Below, one piece after another: positions 25,122 to 38,527 of a stretch of DNA of 64,000 nucleotides (the stretch's first letter is position 1; every line of letters starts with the position of its first letter). The notes under the pieces are model-generated. The model saw nothing but the letters and a program-made list of their open reading frames with translations. It was not told where the DNA came from and made no database searches. The position numbers and the translations under genes are program-made. The DNA lies in the NCBI GenBank assembly GCA_964016885.1, contig OZ024741.1, positions 285,200,001-285,264,000 of the forward strand, read 5' to 3'. This stretch comes from Eledone cirrhosa. Its lineage: Eukaryota.

Positions 25122-26708
25122 GTAAGTCTTCTGTCACATGTTGTTGTAGCTACCATGTCTTCATTATCTTGTCATTGTACTGCATTAATAGTTAAATAGA
25201 TGGACAGACTGATAGAGAGACATGCTGGTAAAGAGAGAGAGAAAGGGTGAGTGAGTGAGAGAGAGATAGTCTGACTGGTACAGAGACACACATGCATGCA
25301 CATATTGGCAGACTGTTAGATAGACATAATGTTACATAGATTGGCTGACACACACACTAAGAGATGTTGTTTATGTTGGACAGCCATTGGTTCTGGTGAT
25401 GGGTGTTCCAGTTGTTTGATCAATGGAACAGCTTACATTTGAAATTGACATGCAACTGTCTAAGTATTCCACAGATAATGCAATTTTGAGGGAGATTCAG
25501 CATGACACTGTGTCACAAGGCTGGGCCATTGAATGACAGATATAACTAATTTTTTGCCAACTGATTAGATTGAAGTTACATGGAATAAAGTGTCTTTGTC
25601 AAGGATGCAATACACTGCTGGGGACCAAACTCATGACTTTAACCACTAAGCCATTTACTTTCATATAAACCTGTAGATAAAGAGACAAACATACAGTGGC
25701 AGATAGACACAAATGTGATTTCTCTCTTTCCCTTCCACAAACTGAATGTAAGCTATTGGTCTACATTCATTTTTTTCTCAATACAAATATCAAGTATTAC
25801 TGAGAAGAAAATGTACATCCCTTAAACTTGATATTTCACAATATGAACCCTAAATTTTACTGAAAGACTTATAAAAAAAACATTAGACTTGATACTTCAT
25901 AGTACAAATTGAAAATTTTACTAAGAAATTTTTATCAAGAACCTTTAACTTTTTAGTAGTATTATATTTCCATGGTAAAGTCGTTACTTCACATACTATC
26001 TTACATAATATGGAATCCATAAGATTTTCATATTATCTATTTTGAGAACAATACCTTAACATAAGTATGAGTGGCTGGTTACAGCCGGTTTGAACAGAAA
26101 AAGGTGAGAGAATATTCTGGCCAGATACAGCCAATTTAAATGCTAAAGGGTTGAATGTGATATTTCATTATATGAACCTTAACTATTACTAAGAGACTAA
26201 GAAAGATGCCTTAAACTTGATATTTTCTGATATGAATGCCAAATATGTCTGAGGGACTTATACATATCCTTTAAACTTCATATTTCATGATACAAACACC
26301 AGATATTACTAAGAAACTTCTAAAGAATCCTTAAACTTTTCTACTTGAAAATAAATTTCTGCACCCTACCTGCTAGTATTGAGTGCTCATTCAATTAAAG
26401 TGTGAAGGTTTTAAATTCTATGGGATTTTAAACACATATTCTATTAATAAAAATAATAATATTCTATTTTTGTAAAAGAAAAAACCCCAGAAACTATAAC
26501 ATTTCATAAAAAAATAATGTTTTAAAGTAGAAGCTTAAGAAAAGGAAGAATATCATGAAGATTTGTTAAACTTTTTTTGACAAACACCTTAAATACAGTG
26601 TATGCTATATCTCTTCAGAAGCTAACCATAAATCACTGCTTATGTTGCATCTGCTCTCACAATGACCTCTGGTCACAAAAAAGTACTATATTTAACATTT
26701 CTCTTCAG

Positions 26709-26815
26709 ACGCTGACCATATGGCTCCTCTTAATTATATATTCCCTGAAGATGATCTGAACAAGAATGAGTTGGCAAGATCTCGACGCCGTAATCGCCTC
26801 CATTCTCCACAATTG
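26709..26815 (+). CDS. CSPP1: CSPP1-like exon (DADHMAPL...ARSRRRNRLHSPQL)
   Basis: cttcag| ... ttg|gtgagt; AR.RRRN motif. Confidence 0.8.
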
Positions 26816-27137
26816 GTGAGTTTATTTTTTAACTAGTATTTTTATAATCCTGCAGAATTTTCTAGAGATAGTGGCTTCATCTGATGTAATTCTGAAGAGT
26901 CTTCTAGACAGTGGCTCCATCTTCTGGAATTCTGAAAACTCTGCGATTCAATGGCTTCATTTATTGTAATTCTGAAGACTCTACTAGACAGAAGGTTCTG
27001 CTGGGATTCTGCAGACTCTTCTAGATAGTGGTTCCTCCAACTGGTGTAATTCCAATGTTTGTATCTTTCCTTGTTGGACTCTTCTAGATAATGACTTCAT
27101 CCAATGTAACTCTAGTCTTTGTCTATTCTCTCATTAG

Positions 27138-27255
27138 ACTCCTCTGCACTTTGATTCCGTTCGATCTAATTCTGCGACATCCTTTGCGAGTTTGAATCCT
27201 GAAGCATTAGCAGCGAGAAATGAAGAAAGGTTAAAAAAGCTTAAAAATATGACAG
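27138..27255 (+). CDS. CSPP1: CSPP1-like exon (TPLHFDSV...LNPEALAARNEERLKKLKNMT)
   Basis: cattag| ... g|gtaagt; RNEER..L motif. Confidence 0.85.
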
Positions 27256-27291
27256 GTAAGTAGATACGTCATTATCATCATCATCATCATA

Positions 27292-29191
27292 GTGTGGGGT
27301 GGGTGTATTTTATTGTGGCACCAACATTACCACTTTACATTGTGGGTTAAGTGTATTTTATTGTGGCACCAACACTACCACTTTACATTGTGGGTTAACT
27401 GTATTTTATTGTGACACCAACACTACCACTTTATATTGTGGGTTAAGTGTATTTTATTGTGACACTAACACTACCACTTTACATTGTGGGTTAAGTGTAT
27501 TTTAATGTGGCACTACCATTTTACACTGTGGGTTAAGTGTATTTTAATGTGACACCAACACTACCATTTTACATTGTGGGTTAAGTATATTTTATTGTGG
27601 CACCAACACTACCATTTTATATTGTGGGTTAAGTGTATTTTAATGTGGCACCAACGCTACCACTTTACATTGTGGGTTAAGTGCATTTTAATTTGACACC
27701 AACACTACCACTTTACATTGTGGGTTAAGTGTATTTTATTGTGGCACCAACACTACCACTTTACATTGTGGGTTAAGTATATTTTAATGTGGAACCAACA
27801 TTAGCACTTTATATTGTGGGTTAAGTGTATTTTATTGTGACACCAACACTACCACTTTACATTGTGGGTTAAGTGTATTTTAATGTGACACCAACACTAC
27901 CACTTTACAGTGTGGGTTAAGTGTATTTTATTGTGGCACCAACACTACCACTTTACATTGTGGGTTAAGTATATTTTATTGTGGCACCAACACTACCACT
28001 TTACATTGTGGGTTAAGTGTATTTTAATGTGGCACCAACACTACCACTTTGTATTGTGGGTTAAGTATATTTTAATGTGACACCAACACTACCACTTTAC
28101 ATTGTGGGTTAAGTGTATTTTAATGTGGCACCAACACTACCACTTTACATTGTGGGCTGGATGTATTTTAATGTGGCACCAACACTACCACTTTACATTG
28201 TGGGTTAAGTGTATTTTAATGTGGCACCAACACTACCACTTTACATTGTGGGCTGGGTGTATTTTATTGTGGCACCAACACTACCACTTTACATTGTGGG
28301 TTAAGTGTATTTTATTGTGGCACCAACACTACCACTTTACATTGTGGGTTAAGTGTATTTTAATGTGGCACCAACATTGCCACTTTACATTGTGGGTTAA
28401 GTGTATTTTATTGTGGCACCAACACTACCACTTTACATTGTGGGCTGGGTGTATTTTAATGTGGCACTACCATTTTACACTGTGGGTTAAGTGTATTTTA
28501 TTGTGGCACCAACATTACCACTTTACATTGTGGGTTAAGTGTATTTTAATGTGGCACCAACACTACCACTTTACATTGTGGGTTAAGTATATTTTATTGT
28601 GGCACCAACACTACCACTTTACATTGTGGGTTAAGTGTATTTTAATGTGGAACCAACACTACCATTTTATATTGTGGGTTAAGTATATTTTAATGTGGCA
28701 CCAACACTACCACTTTATATTGTGGGTTAAGTATATTTTAATGTGGCACCAACACTACCACTTTATATTGTGGGTTAAGTATATTTTAATGTGGCACCAA
28801 CACTACCACTTTATATTGTGGGTTAAGTATATTTTAATGTGGCACCAACACTACCACTTTACATTGTGGGCTGGATGTATTTTAATGTGGCACCAACACT
28901 ACCACTTTATATTGTGGGTTAAGTATATTTTAATGTGGCACCAACACTACCACTTTATATTGTGGGTTAAGTATATTTTAATGTGGCACCAACACTACCA
29001 CTTTATATTGTGGGTTAAGTATATTTTAATGTGGCACCAACACTACCACTTTACATTGTGGGCTGGATGTATTTTAATGTGGCACCAACACTACCACTTT
29101 ACATTGTGGGCTGGATGTATTTTAATGTGGCACCAACATTACCACTTTACATTGTGGGCTGGGTGTATTTTATTGTGGCACCAACATTACC
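27292..29191. repeat. 48-bp minisatellite, about 40 copies
   Basis: Unit attgtgggttaagtgtattttaatgtggcaccaacactaccactttac; 16-aa periodicity in the ORF track. Confidence 0.97.
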
Positions 29192-29800
29192 AGGGTTACA
29201 TGTTACTTGCTGAGGAAGCGAAAAAGAAAATGTTTGATGATACGTTGTTGGGTGTACCCATCTTTCCATTCTGGCATGGCTGGATAAGGAACGGGGAATT
29301 TAAGGATGTGAGAATGTGTGTGTATGGGGGAGGTGCATCTGTCTTATCATGCTGGTATGGGTTGGACCAGGAAGGAGGGGGAGGGCTAAGATAACAGGGG
29401 AATAGGGTGGAGGGGCAGATAAAATGTATGGGAAAGACCACTTAGTGAAGAAGGAGGTTAGATAATGAGGTAGAGAGATTGAAAGGAGCATGTTTGATAG
29501 GGTGTGGCAGGATCAAAACATCCTTTTACATGTTTTCCCTGGGTCGGGTGCTTTGTCACGTTTACAAGACTCTCATTTCAAAGAATCTCATCTTGCTTGT
29601 ATGTTTTATTTTTGGCATGTTTTCTACAGCTGGATGCCTTTTTTAATCCCAGTAACTTTACAGACAATACTGGGTTATTTTGTTGACCTCATCAGGATTT
29701 ATATTCAGATCATAAAGGTACATGACTAAATACCACAAAGCATTTTGTCTTGTCTTCTAACAATACTGCCAATTCACTGCTGTATAAATACAGAATAATA

Positions 29801-30075
29801 ATCTATATATAAATTTAAGAGACTTCCATCCATCCGTCCATCTATCACACACAAGAGATGACTGAGGAAGGAAGAAGTGATGACGTCATACACTAGGGAT
29901 AATTGAGGAGGAACGGGTGATGATGTCATACACTAGAAATAACTGAGGAAAGAAGGGATGATGACGTCACACACTACAGATGACTGAGGAAGGAAGGGGT
30001 GATGAAAACTACAGAAAACAGTGTTTAACATTCACTACACTTGTGTGTACAATCTATATATAAATTTGAGTGACT
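29801..30075 (+). mobile_element. Helitron-like 5' ends enclosing an about 41-bp tandem repeat
   Basis: atctatatataaattt at 29801 and 30052; (ccat)n tract; repeat unit gatgactgaggaaggaaggggtgatgacgtcatacactag. No 3' hairpin/CTRR identified. Confidence 0.45.
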
Positions 30076-30334
30076 TATTTTTGTAAGTGTGTCTGTGTTA
30101 GCACATATATTCATACACGTGTCAGTGTGTTGAAAAACATTCTAATGCATAAAAAATAGTGCATGGATGAAGAAGCATTAAAACATTTTAAATGTGTGCA
30201 TCCCAAAATTTACTGTGATTGTCAATCGTTATGGTTATCTTTGATATTTTCAGAATTATATGCAGTCTCCTTCATTAGAAATGTAATGGAAGTTTAACAT
30301 TCATGACATCTGTTTTTCTCGTCTTTTTCACCAG

Positions 30335-30398
30335 ATGCCATATCCTTAACAGAGCCTGAAGAAATTCTAGATAAATTTATGTTGAAACAAAGAATCCT
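30335..30398 (+). CDS. CSPP1: CSPP1-like exon (DAISLTEPEEILDKFMLKQRI)
   Basis: tcaccag| ... ct|gtaagt; phase 1 entry is compatible. Confidence 0.8.
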
Positions 30399-30947
30399 GT
30401 AAGTCGATTACACTTTAGATTATAATAGGCCAAGTGGTTAACACTCTTGATTCTAAACTACCTGAAACCATCCTTGTTTGCACAATACGAAGCTCTTTAT
30501 TTTAAAGTGTTTATCGTCATTGTTTTTATGCTTGCTTTTCCATGCAGGCATGGGTTAGAGATGTTGTTTTGCAGTAGGATGCCCACCCTGGCTCTTACAA
30601 CATTTAGGAATATGGTGTACCTATTCTAATAACAAGAATACACATTGCATATCATCATCATCATTACTGTTTAACGTCCATTTTTCCACACTGGCATGGG
30701 TTAGATGAGTTATCCTGTTGTGAGCAATGCCAGGGCAGTTGGCCATGTCTTGCTTATACAGAACAGATTTTGGCTTGGTTTCTACAGCTGGATGCCCTTC
30801 CTAGCGCCAACCTCATTTACAGTGAGTACTGGGTGCTTTTTGTCGTGATGTCTACATGACCACTTTAGAGTGTGAGTTGGAGGCTTCACTGGATGTATAC
30901 TTCAGCTTGTCCTCATGAGAGATGTATGGGTGCGGTGGGGTGGTGCA

Positions 30948-30978
<31 letters not shown>

Positions 30979-30979
30979 C

Positions 30980-31560
30980 TTTGACTTTTGCCTGCAGGAA
31001 GTTGGATTTTTTGCATAATTGCGTAACGCCAGAGATCTCTGTCCTGTGTCATTGCATTTGAGAGGTGCAATTGGGCAGCTTTTATCACCTCATCCTAGGT
31101 CTTCCCGGGTCTCCCTACTCCTTGGCTTCTATCAACTTTGAGCGCTCTGCACCTTTTTATACAGCTGCTATCCTTCATACACATTACATGTCCATACCAA
31201 TGCAATCTCCTTGCCTGCACACTGCATCTGATTTATCTTATGTCTAGTTTCTTTCTCAGTTCATTTATGCTTTGCTGTTCACGTATATTACTATTACACA
31301 TCCAGCGGAGCATGCAAGCTCCATTTCTTTCCAATCTACGCAAGTCTTCTGCAGACTGCATCCAGGTCTCACTACCATACAACATTGCTGTTTGAATGCA
31401 CACATAATACAGTCTGCCTTTCATTTAGAGGGAAAAGCCTTTTGTAGCTAGCAGTGGTTGTAGCTCCCTGAACTTCTTCCATCTCATTCTTACTCTGGCT
31501 ACTGTACTTTCAGAACACCCACCTTCACTGCTACTTTGGTCACCCAGGTAGCTGAAGCTG
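30980..31560 (-). mobile_element. RTE-clade LINE 3' fragment, decayed
   Basis: KGRLY..CIQTAMLYGSETW, MLRWMC, DRDLWRY; same family as 7954-8883. Confidence 0.88.
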
Positions 31561-32919
31561 CATACATTTATCTAAAAACCCTTTATCATAATTTTAGATA
31601 AGAATCTCTATTAAATTATACTCCAAACACCAACTAAACAAAGAGAAAGTCAATCATATTTCTAATCTTCCCCCACCACCCTTTCCAGTTTTTTATTATT
31701 TTTACAATGATTTGAAAATCATAGGCTGTGTATATCATTAGAAATACAGTAATGAAAGGGTTAATAAAATTATTTCACAATCATGAGGTTTTAGGTTCGA
31801 TCCCACTTGAGCAAATGTCTTTTACCATAACCTCAGGTCAATCCAATCCTGTGGATGAAATTGGGTTGAGAAAACCTGTGTGTAGATAACCATTGGATGG
31901 ATTGTACCAGCTTTGTGTGACACTGATTTAGCCTGATAATTGCATTAATTTAGGGAGCAGGAAATGCTCTGTTGATCAAATAATTGATGGCAGATCCATA
32001 TCATCAAATTATAATGACCAGTATCATTTTCCATAATCCTTGTGCTTCACTGCTTTGTCTTTCATCCTTTCGATATTGATAAAATAAAGTAGTAGTAAAG
32101 TACTGCAGTTGATTTAATCAACTTTGCCCTTCCTCCCAAAATTTGATGACCTTGTTCCTAAATTAGGAATCAATATTATGCTTATAGTTTTATAGTTTCT
32201 ACCTCAACTAACATCAAAAATGCCCTCGTGTTTATAAAGATGTAGAAATAAGTTATTTTCTTGTTTTGCTGTTTGACAAGAGTATAGGGTGTTATTTCAC
32301 ACATCAGCTAGAACTGCTTGCAATTGCTCTTTCATGGGCATGGGAAATACCCATAGGTTTATGAAGATGGACAAGTAACTTTTCTGCATATCTTGCTCTT
32401 TAATAAGAACCTCAAGTATTGATGCACTTCCCTTATCTCAGGTTTTTAGGCAGATTTTTTTTTCTCCATCTAATAATCCAGAGGGCTGGAAAGAGTTTTC
32501 CAGTTTCTCGATTTGAACTTTCCATTCATTTCTTCACTTGGCTAAATGTACAGGCACTTAAGTATTATTGCTGCTATTGTTATTGCTATTTGCTATTTAT
32601 TAAACTTTAGTTATTTTCTGTCAGAAAAATTGTGATTTGTTTCTTGTCTAGAAATAAATATATTCTGTTTTCTTTTCTATTTTTACTGTTTAGTGTTTTT
32701 AAACATGTTTGTTTTTGTTTAAATATTTTAAGTGGATTTACGTGTGGTAAAAAATAAAAAAAAATTATTTGCAAATTAGTCTCTTACTGGAAATGAGGAA
32801 AAATGACTGCCAAAAAATTAGCTTCTTCCCTACTCTATATATAAGCTCTACATTAAAAGATTTTCCACATTTGCATTTAATCTAGAATATGTACACTGCA
32901 TGTTGTAAGAAGCAACTGA

Positions 32920-33760
32920 ATGAAAATGCCCTTCATATCACCTTTTTGAAGAAAGCAGAATTCAGATATCCACAGACATGGGACTACTTAAAGAAAAGGG
33001 ATCTTAAGAAAGCTGCAGAAGGAATTCTACTGGCAGCCCTTAGAATAATGTGGATGAAACATCCTATTGACAAGGAGGAATATAACCTGCATTGTAGAAT
33101 CTGTGGGGAGAGTGAGGAAACTATGGCTCACATTGTATCCGAGAGTAGACAACTCGCCCAGACTCATTATACAAATGGAGGCGTGATATCATAGGAAAAG
33201 TAGTTCACTGGTATTTATGCAAACTGAACAAGTTACCTCGTTCTGAGAAATGGTATGAGCACAAGCCAGAGTCAGTGATAGAAAACGACTGGGTGAAGGT
33301 AGTGTGGGATTTCTGGATACAAACGAATAAAGAATTAAAACACAATAGGTTTGACATGGTAGTTTTTGACAAGGAAAAGAGATCTTGCTTGATTATAGAT
33401 GTAGCTTGCCCCTTTAACATACGAGTACAGGAAAAGAAGAAAGAGAAAATTAGCTGGTACCAGGATCTAAAGTGGGAACTGAAAAGGATTTGGGACTGTC
33501 ATGAGCTGAAGGTCGTCCTCATCGTCATAGGAGCACTAAGTAGTATCTTCAAAAGTTTCCAAGGTTGGCTAAAGAACATTAGCCTTCTCTCTTTTGTGGA
33601 ACACTTCAAAAGGCATGACTACTGGGAACAACAAGGACCCTCTGATACGTTTTGAATATCTGAGTTTGCAGGTAGAGGCTTAATTTTCAATTGGTCAAAT
33701 TTTCTGGTTAAATAACATCAATGACAGACATCAAATTCATGATAATAATAATAATAATTC
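32920..33760 (+). mobile_element. R4/Dong-like non-LTR 3' fragment
   Basis: CRICG...ETMAHIVS zinc knuckle, WYEHKPE, WDF.IQT, NR.D, IIDVACP; (TAA)n tail at about 33742-33757. Confidence 0.85.
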
Positions 33761-33804
33761 TAACATATTTAAAATGTTTGATTTTTGTTTTGATTCTTCT
33801 GCAG

Positions 33805-33829
33805 ATCAACTCCAGGTTCAATATATTGA
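33805..33829 (+). CDS. CSPP1: Candidate terminal coding exon of CSPP1-like gene (L-STPGSIY*)
   Basis: Strong acceptor ttttgattcttctgcag|; phase-2 join gives ...KQRILSTPGSIY-stop. No homology confirmation. Confidence 0.35.
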
Positions 33830-34379
33830 GGAAGTTGTTTTACCAAAGATTTTCCACCCCTGTATATATTTTATACACCACTGTCCTGCTCCTATATTTG
33901 GATACACTACCTTCCGCTTATTTTTGGATATACAGTGTTGCCCATACATACCTGTACCCACACACTTGAATACGTGTCTGTCTTATATTTGGATACAGTA
34001 TTCTCTCATATGTATATGATACATTACTGTCTCCCTCTATTTTTAAACACCCCTGTTGTCATACCTGACTATCCCTTTATAATGGATACCACACTGTTCC
34101 ACTTTATTTGTGCACAACACTGACCCCTTATATTTTGTGATATTAACTTTATTAAAATGCATATGTACATATTAACGCACACACACACTCCATTCTCCAC
34201 CACACACACTTTCTCTCTTTTTCCATATTTATTTATCACATATGTATTTATCACATCATTCACTCTTTCTCTCACTATTCTCTCTCTCTCTCTCTCTCTC
34301 TCTTTCACTTTCTCTTTCTCACACTACATTATCTTTAACTTTCACTACTAATCTCCTCTCTTTCACACCCTCATTCAGA

Positions 34380-35372
34380 CTTGGAAGACATAATGTCCTG
34401 AAACACTCCCTCCAGCGGGTCCTGTCAAAAGCAACCATCTCCAACTGATCTGGCTGGATCTCCAAGTGGGACCAGCCAAACTCATGGATGTTATCCAGCT
34501 ATCTTGCTTGGGAGTCTACCCCTGGTTCTCTTGCAAGTTGATTTTGCCCGTAAAATCTGTCCAGCCATTCTTTCCTGAGACATTCTATCCACATGCCCTT
34601 AGTATCGGAGCTGTGATCTCTCAATTTGGAGAAGTAGGGGCTCTACCTGGAGTGACTCTCTGATCTCTGAGCTACACACTCTATCAAGTAATGTTACTCC
34701 AAAGATACTTGTATTCGCGATCATATTCTTTCGGTCATTACCCAAGATACATGACCATAGGTAAGGGTTGGTGTGAATACTGAATTGAAGACAGCGAGTT
34801 TGGCTTTTCTGCCTCACTCCCTTCCTCAGATTACTGAATGCTGAAACTTGTGCATTGCTGTACAAACTCCTGCAATTATTGCACTTAATTCAGCCTCCTG
34901 CCTTCCATCACTCATAAACATGGCTCCAAGATACTTGAACTTCTCTACCTGCAATAATGGAACTCTATTTACATGTAGAGTGAACTGCACAGGCTTCCTT
35001 AAGAGGATGAGTGTCTTAGTTTTCCTAGCACTGATTTTCATTCCTCGGGACCTACTTTTGAGGGTTGTGCAAGAGTATGGGATCGATAGTCAGCTTCTTG
35101 CTGCCCTGATGTCTATACGAATGCCTGAATATTTGTGTTCGGATAAATGGTGCTAAACAAAACACATTAGATGTGTGAGCTGAACTCTGCCAAGGGTGCG
35201 GACTGTCACCTCTCCTGTTCATTATTTCCATGAACAGGATTGACATGTGCAGCTAGGCTGGATGTGGTATCCTTACTGGTGGGTGTAAAATCAGTCAGCT
35301 GGTATTTGCAGACGACATGGTGTTACTTAACTCAACAGAAGGTGATCTCTGACTTGCGCCTGATATGTTTGA
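34380..35372 (-). mobile_element. RTE-clade LINE with inverted 5' segment
   Basis: - strand: GMKIS..KT, QVEKFKYLG, IERSQLRY, WMDNI. + strand 35040-35372: PRDLL, QGCGLSPLLFI, FADDMVLL. Confidence 0.85.
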
Positions 35373-35994
35373 TACTGAGTCTAATTACTCAAATATCTAA
35401 ATATTCAGCTATATAACTGTAATATATACTCTTGGGTGTTGAAACAAATCTGAAAAATTAATAAGTCGGGGAGGGATAGGGACGATTTGTAGAGACCCCA
35501 GGGTACACCTTTTACTGTAATATATTAATTTTCAAGAATATGGATTAGAATAGGTACACTGTATCCCTCCATGTGGGATTTACCCATAAAACCTGTGAAA
35601 CTACCATTATTGAGTGGATAAAAGCATCATATGAGAATGATTCTTTTATCCACTCAATAATGGTAGTTTCACAAATACCTCTGAATATGACATCTATTTG
35701 ACTGAACTGATTCGAGTATATTACTGTTAGTTATTTTATAGAACAAATTCTATCAGTCTGCACACAGCAAGATATCCACTTTTATATGTTAAGATAAATG
35801 GAATATTCTTGCAAATAATGTCCTATCTCCATCTCTTACTCCCTCTCTTTTACTTACATACCCACATACACATACATGTGCCTTCTGAAGACGTTTTTCA
35901 TCCTAGGAAGTGATCAGTGGAAAATTATTTATATATTTGAATTATACAGATTATATATTATTTATGATATAAGTTATCTAATTGAGTATGTATG

Positions 35995-35995
<1 letters not shown>

Positions 35996-36034
<39 letters not shown>

Positions 36035-36094
36035 TGTAGTCATATATTTGTTTGAATGTGTGTGTACATATATATATTTATATATATATATATT

Positions 36095-36125
<31 letters not shown>

Positions 36126-36327
36126 ATTTAGATATGTAGGAGGTGAGTTTTATTGTAGTACAATAAAGCAATGCAGATATCGGATAAGAAGCACTCTACA
36201 GTTATATATTATATATTTAGATATATAGATATAGATATATTTAGATATATAGATATATTTAGATATATAGATATAGATATATTTATATATAGATATAGAT
36301 ATATTTTTATATATATATATATATATA

Positions 36328-36393
<66 letters not shown>

Positions 36394-36441
36394 TATATAT
36401 ATATATATATATATTTTTATATATATATATATATATATTTT

Positions 36442-36473
<32 letters not shown>

Positions 36474-36872
36474 GATATAGATATATATATTTATATATAT
36501 AGATAGATAGATATTTATATATATATATATATATATTTAGATATTTATATATATATATATATATATTTAGATATAGATATATTTATAGATATAGATATAT
36601 TTATAGCCCATATGAGTCTGTGAGTATTGATTTATTATTTTTTAGATCGTACAGGCAAACTTTATGTTGTTGAATTAAGATATTTCATTCTAGCGATTTT
36701 ATTAGTCAATTGCAACTAAAACATGTAAATGTTCATCAAATATTAATTTATTCTGCTCAGAAGCGATTCTTAGAGCTGAAATGATTGTAAATGACCCCAT
36801 TGAGTCTAAACTCTAAGCTATTTATATATATAGATATATTTATAGATATAGATATATTTATATATATAGATA

Positions 36873-36928
<56 letters not shown>

Positions 36929-37334
36929 TATATTTATAGATATAGATATATATTTATAGATATAGATATATTTATATATATATATTTAGATATAGATATA
37001 TTTATAGATATAGATATATTTATTGATATAGATATATTTATATATATATTTAGATATATATTTATTGATATAGATATATTTATATATATATTTAGATATA
37101 TATTTATAGATATAGATATATTTATATATATATATATAGATATATTTATAGATATATTTATATATATAGATATATTTATTGATATAGATATATTTATATA
37201 TATATTTAGATATATTTATAGATATCTTTATAGATATAGATATATATATATGTATAGATATAGATAGATATATTTATAGATGTAGATATATTTATATATA
37301 TATATAGATATATTTATAGATATAGATGTAGATA

Positions 37335-37378
<44 letters not shown>

Positions 37379-37720
37379 TATATTTATATATATATAGATG
37401 TAGATATATTCAGATATATATACATAGATATATTTATAGATATATTTATAGGTGTAGATATATTTATATATATATAGATGTAGATATATTTATATATATA
37501 GATGTAGCTATATTTATATAGATATAGATATAGATATATTTATAGGTGTAGATATATTTATATATATATAGATGTAGATATATTTATATATATAGATGTA
37601 GCTATATTTATATATATAGATGTAGCTATATTTATATATATAGATGTAGATATATTTATATATATATAGATATATTTATATATTTATAGATATAGATATA
37701 TTTTTATATATATATAGATA

Positions 37721-37794
<74 letters not shown>
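35996..37794. repeat. (TA)n / (TAGATATATT)n compound microsatellite field
   Basis: Directly visible. Confidence 0.95.
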
Positions 37795-37796
<2 letters not shown>

Positions 37797-37799
37797 CGC

Positions 37800-38016
37800 C
37801 AGACAGTCCACGCTGTAATGTGGCCGTGTAGGCAACACGGTAAAAACCTCCCAGCCCCACACTGTAAATGTGGTTGGTGTTAGGAAGGGCATCCAACTGT
37901 AGAAAACCCGCCAGACAGTCCTATGCGAGCAAGACAACCACTCTTGCCTCAAGTGGGAAAACTCCCGTCCAAACCCATGCAAGCATGGAACACGGACGTT
38001 AAACGATGATGATGAT
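37800..38016 (+). mobile_element. RTE-tailed short element, near-identical to 7566-7785 in opposite orientation
   Basis: Ends catgcaagcatggaacacggacgttaaacgatgatgatgat. Confidence 0.8.
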
Positions 38017-38251
38017 ATACATTGTGCGAAACATCACGTGGTATTGTGATTTTGTCAACTAATATATATATATATTCAAAATATTCTCATAACCAAAATA
38101 TATATTTTATTATACATATTTCAAAGGTACAATGGTGTCTCAGTAGGTTTTGAGTAAGGTTTTGATTAATCAATTCCGGTAGTGGTAGTCACTACCACTA
38201 CAGGAATTGAATAATCAAAATTTTAGTGGTATGTCGCATATCCAATCTCTT

Positions 38252-38320
38252 ATATATTTTATCTGATGAAAACCTACTTAAACACCATTGTACCTTTGAA
38301 ATATGTATAATAAAATATAT
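38252..38320 (+). ncRNA. Type I hammerhead ribozyme motif
   Basis: atatattttat-CTGATGA-aaa..tac...gta..ttt-GAAA-t-atgt-a-TA-ataaaatatat; perfect 11-bp stem I. Confidence 0.65.
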
Positions 38321-38454
38321 TTGGTTATGAGAATATTTTTCAGTTATTAATATTTTGAATAATATTAAATACTCCAGATAAATCTGTCGAGTGCTTCTAA
38401 TCTATTGTTAAATTGAATTCGTTGAATAATCAACGAACCATATAAACTTTTGGT

Positions 38455-38527
<73 letters not shown>

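Noticed and set aside
28102-29394. 430-aa ORF with WHQHYHFTLW repeats
   Set aside because: Translation of a 48-bp minisatellite inside an intron; no coding evidence.
32281-32378. Alternative terminal exon of the CSPP1-like gene
   Set aside because: Several competing AGs, weak context and no recognisable homology; kept only as a secondary option.
35885-35935. CTGAAGA...GAAA-attatt-TA possible hammerhead
   Set aside because: No stem I complementarity.
36670-36745. Minus-strand tTGATGA...GAAA hammerhead-like order
   Set aside because: Core base mutated and stems I and III unpaired.
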